NCBI RefSeq assembly: GCF_000315625.1
Contig: NW_005434602.1
Span: forward strand, 381,821 to 445,820
Length of the DNA: 64,000 bases
Reading direction: 5' to 3'
Origin: Guillardia theta CCMP2712
Taxonomy: Eukaryota; Protista; Cryptophyta
Shown here: positions 60,165 to 64,000 of the stretch, piece by piece
Position numbering within the stretch: position 1 is the first letter of the stretch
Layout of the letters: the number at the start of each line of letters is the position of its first letter
The notes under the pieces: generated by a model
Database searches by the model: none
Seen by the model: only the letters and a program-made list of their open reading frames with translations
Told to the model about the DNA's origin: nothing
Made by a program: the position numbers and the translations under genes

Positions 60165-61790
60165 CAGGGAGAGTAAGGCCATCATGTGGAAAGCACCTTA
60201 CAGACCTGAGATAGCACGAGCAGACGACATCTCAGTCACCGTCTCCTTCCTTCGGAATGAAGCAGCCATGGAGCTATGGGAAGGCAGGAGAGAATACTGC
60301 ATAGATGGCAGATCGTTTCGAGCCACAGAGGTGAGCATTGCACACGACCGGTCGTTCAAGCTTCGAGCCAAGCGAGGACCTTGGGGCAAGGGAGGGAGCC
60401 TTGCCGAGCTATCACAGCTCTTAGCTCTTGGAGGAATGTTCGCTCAGATCTATCGATTTCAGCTGCTCTCGCAATCTCTTGCAGCCGCAGAGGTACAACC
60501 GCTTGCGGGCATGCTCGTGCAGGGTCCTGGGCAGAGAGGTCGCAAGGGGCCGAGCCCGAAGACGTATGTTGCTGTTGGGGCAAGTACTGGAACTCTCCAG
60601 CAAAAAGAGCTGGAGTGGGTGCTCAGCTCGCCTTCGACGGCAAGTTGCGAGCAGACCTTGGCCTCGTTCAGAGAGAGCGAGGCGATGGAGGGGGTACATC
60701 TCACTCTCATCAGCGACGACGCCAAGCTCAGAGAGACGTTTGCAGTCGAGCTCACAGCCGACACCTTCGTGCCGAGGGGAAAGATCGCTAAGCAAAGGAG
60801 GGCACTTCGCGAGAGAGATCATGCGGGGCGCAGCAGCTTCAGAGTACAGATCAAGTCGAGGTCAAGCATGAGCACAGGCCGCTTCTCGAGGAAGGAGATG
60901 GAAGCGCTGTGCGGAGGAGGTAACACATCGATCACGAGAGTCAAGCGAGCCATGTTGGAGTTAGCAAGAAGGATAGGCGTGACGCCGGTCAGCGTCGAGG
61001 TCGAGGAGGATCGTGACACGCTCAGCTGGGATGGGAGCCTGATAGCTCTCTCCCTGGCGACCAAGGCAGAGGCTCGACGCTTGATGGAAGACATGCCCTT
61101 CTACTTGGAAGGGATCCTGGAAGTCAAGCTCGAAGCGGTGGGGTTCAAGCTCAACGGGCCTCAGCATGAGGAAGAGAGGAGCCCGAGCAGCGAGGAGCAA
61201 GCCCAAGAGCCCCAAGCCGGGCAGCAGCAAGGCGCTGGATGGCTGGAGCTCAGCGACATCGACAGGATCACCATGGAAGCAGCGTCGCCGTCAGGGCCAG
61301 TCGATCAACAGGTCTTGCTCGACCTCTCGACGATGCTCTTGGAGACATCAGAGGAGGAGCTGCTAGCTGGCAAGCCGATCTCTCTGGAGCTAGACAAGAG
61401 TGTTGGCAAGCTGCATGACACCTTCTGCTCGCCGGGCAACGTGGAGTTCATGACGCTCGGAGCTTGGGCAGCCACGCTGACGCTGGGATCGAAGCGAAAC
61501 ATGTTGAAAGAAAAGCTCAGAGCGTACCTCGGCGAGCAGCGCTGGACACGGGTGCAAGGAACAAGGCAGCGAGGAGGGGCAGCGCCTTCTNNNNNNNNNN
61601 NNNNNNNNNNNNNNNNNNNNNNNNNNNNNNNNNNNNNNNNNNNNNNNNNNNNNNNNNNNNNNNNNNNNNNNNNNNNNNNNNNNNNNNNNNCCAAGGGCAG
61701 CAGCGACTGATGCGCTCGAGCAGGAGGCCGAGAGCGATGACATCGAGAGTCGATCTGTAAGCCTCTTGTTTCTTGCGATCAGTAAATTTC
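60165..61790 (+). mobile_element. Type C single-ORF element, 5'-truncated, spanning an assembly gap
   Basis: ESKAIMWKAPYRPEI...GRFSRKEME paralogous to type A. Confidence 0.75.
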
Positions 61791-62007
61791 ATAGCGTTGA
61801 CATTTTGCTTTTTGTTCTTTAGGGTACATGGTTTACCGGCGGGGGTTGTTCCTTTGGTGTAGGCGTGTAGGGGGTGGCGTGGAGACCTGTTTCAAACGAT
61901 TTCAAACTGGTTTCGAAATTAAAGTTTATAAGTCGATTCTTGTTTCGGCCAAAACTATTTTAGTTTGTACTTGGGGATTGTTAAGTATAATCTGGGCAGC
62001 GACAGCC

Positions 62008-63228
62008 ATGGCGGACCGCTCGGAGCATCGAGCATCAACAAGAAATGCAGCGCAATTGGGTGTGGCGAAAAGAAGGAAGATGGAAGCGAATGAAAATGAT
62101 GCAATTGAAGACGAAATATCATCACCCCGAGATTTTCTAGACCAGCTTAGAACTCCTTTGTTCTTTTCGTCGAATGCTTTCGTCCTGAATGAACCAGAGC
62201 ATACCAACAAGTGTGCACGTTACCGGCTGAGCAGCCTGGATATTGATTTTGTACTTGAGCCTACGCTTGGAGTTGTATTTCAAGATTTGCATGGTAAAAC
62301 CAGGCATGGAATCATTCGGAAGTCTTCAGAGCATTCGGTATCTGTCTACATTTTGTACACCAAGGAAATGTTACAAGAAGTCGGCCAGAATGTGCGATTC
62401 AATGCACAAACATTAAGGATGATAGGATCTTTGGAGAAATCTGAGTGTTTCCAAAGTTTGTACACAGACGAGTTCCCTTTGAAAGATATCAACGGTGTTT
62501 TTAGAGTGAATTTTCAACAAGTCTCAATGAGAGGTTCAGCAGCCTCCGTAAGTTCGGGAAGTTCGTCGTTGCCAAAATGTCTTCTTTGTGTTGGCTACGT
62601 ATACTTTGATATAAACTCTAGGAATGGTCGTGAAGAATGTCATTTATCCTTCTTTGGCAAGCTCAATGTCACTTTCGACATGCTAAAAATCTTCTTCCTG
62701 AATGTCAGAAGTCAAGTAGACCCTTTTCAGCTTGCACGAGATATACACAAGCTGAGGACAGAATTGGAACGGTGGTTCAAGACACGTGGAGAACCATTTC
62801 TAAAACCTCATATCAAACGTGTTGAAGTGGACGTCGAGCACGACGAAGTCACCTCATTGCTCTTGATTCTGAAGGCCGCACTGCAGGCAATACCTGACAG
62901 CGATTATTCAGGACTTACATGCTCAGGCTTGAAAAAAGGCGAGTGTTGTTGGACGGTGTGTGAATCAATCCTCAAGCAACCTTTCATTCAAGAACAGTTT
63001 CCTGTGCCATTCAAAGAAAATCCGTACCAGTTGGAGCCAGGATCTGGTTCNNNNNNNNNNNNNNNNNNNNNNNNNNNNNNNNNNNNNNNNNNNNNNNNNN
63101 NNNNNNNNNNNNNNNNNNNNNNNNNNNNNNNNNNNNNNNNNNNNNNNNNNACTGTTCGTCTTTGCATCAAATTCAGTCGACTCGTAAGACTTTGCATGTT
63201 TGGAAGTGAAAGTTGGAAGATTCCATGA
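62008..63228 (+). CDS. Hypothetical protein with a BAH-like segment, possibly a transposon accessory gene
   Basis: YILYTKE...ECFQSLYTDEFPLKDINGVFRV resembles the BAH C-terminal motif. The ORF spans a gap. Confidence 0.4.
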   Translation: MADRSEHRASTRNAAQLGVAKRRKMEANENDAIEDEISSPRDFLDQLRTPLFFSSNAFVLNEPEHTNKCARYRLSSLDIDFVLEPTLGVVFQDLHGKTRHGIIRKSSEHSVSVYILYTKEMLQEVGQNVRFNAQTLRMIGSLEKSECFQSLYTDEFPLKDINGVFRVNFQQVSMRGSAASVSSGSSSLPKCLLCVGYVYFDINSRNGREECHLSFFGKLNVTFDMLKIFFLNVRSQVDPFQLARDIHKLRTELERWFKTRGEPFLKPHIKRVEVDVEHDEVTSLLLILKAALQAIPDSDYSGLTCSGLKKGECCWTVCESILKQPFIQEQFPVPFKENPYQLEPGSGXXXXXXXXXXXXXXXXXXXXXXXXXXXXXXXXXXTVRLCIKFSRLVRLCMFGSESWKIP

Positions 63229-63374
63229 CGAGGAATAATTTGGAGGGGATCTCATATGTTGTTCAAGCATGAGGCAGCAGAAAATCGTACCAGGGTGCCT
63301 CGCAGACATTTGACTCGCATTTATTCGGATGAATAAAACACTACAAAATTCAGTCTGACGTGTACAAGTCATGG

Positions 63375-64000
63375 TCATACGTGGCTTTGCAACAAGAGCT
63401 GACCCAGTGTAAAATGTGCTCTGCAACACTTATGGAACTTTCCCTTCTGGTCTTGCTTGAACGATGGGCCGTTTGCGCTGTTACATGGGCAGCGAAAATC
63501 GTTGGAATCTGACCCAGATGCAGATCCTTCATCCGAGGGTACCAACTTTTTTTTTGATTTTGCGATGTAGTTGTTGGCCAAAATCAATGCTCGCTGATAG
63601 GATGGACGGCCCTGCAACCTATGACGAAGCTCGATGCAAGACATGTTGAGCAGTCCAATTTCAACTCCATATTTCTCGTAGAGATATGTGAACTGGTCTC
63701 CTACATGTCCAGACACCATTGAATGCAAGTAGAACGACTGAAGAAGTTTTGCTTGTCCAACCAAACGAATCAACCTGTACGCAAAGCTTCTAATCTGTAT
63801 GGGCAAATTCTTCGCTTGATCCTGACTCATCTTCGCAAAGTGCTGCGGTCTGTAATAGAAAAAGATATCTCGTAGCTGCTCAATTGCCTCATCCCACATT
63901 TTCAATTTCTCTTCGTCTTGACATATGATTCGAATAACTTCAGGCAATACTCGAATCAAATCATTGCATTGATCGCCATCTAGCTGTGTTCGAAATTCTT
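63375..64000 (-). mobile_element. C-terminal fragment of a RAG1/Transib-like (or CMC-like) DDE transposase
   Basis: FYLHSMVSGHV...YGVEIGLLNMSCIELRHR resembles the YxH...H...G...E-xx-H/N catalytic motif. Confidence 0.5.

Overview
Eukaryotic nuclear DNA, inferred from short GT-AG introns, TTTAGGG repeats and three 100-N gaps. The style resembles a cryptophyte or other algal protist, but this is not verified. The left ~28 kb holds ordinary intron-containing genes: a PA14/filamin-repeat protein, RNase II, PP2C, nucleolin, a beta-helix protein and an ankyrin protein. GC-rich islands between these genes share a ~40-bp AT-rich motif. The right ~35 kb is a subtelomere-like mosaic of mobile DNA around one Roco (LRR-ROC-COR-TIR) gene. 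The main finding is that the apparent ~108-bp satellite upstream of the Roco ORF (33276-34756) reads as 14 tandem spliceosomal introns separated by 13 three-nucleotide, phase-0 micro-exons (YAG|NNN|GTAAGT). These encode R-F-G-R-V-V-E-Y-V-Y-T-P-D between Cys-rich segments, a possible codon-by-codon combinatorial splicing cassette in a putative immune receptor. The second finding is a head-to-tail array of retroelements at TTTAGGG repeats, in which an RT/RNaseH-like/REL non-LTR element and RT-less single-ORF elements share the 3' end CTAATAAACTCA-(TAA/TAC)n. Also present are a deleted chromovirus with a -1 frameshift signal, Ulp1-APE fragments and a RAG1/Transib-like fragment.
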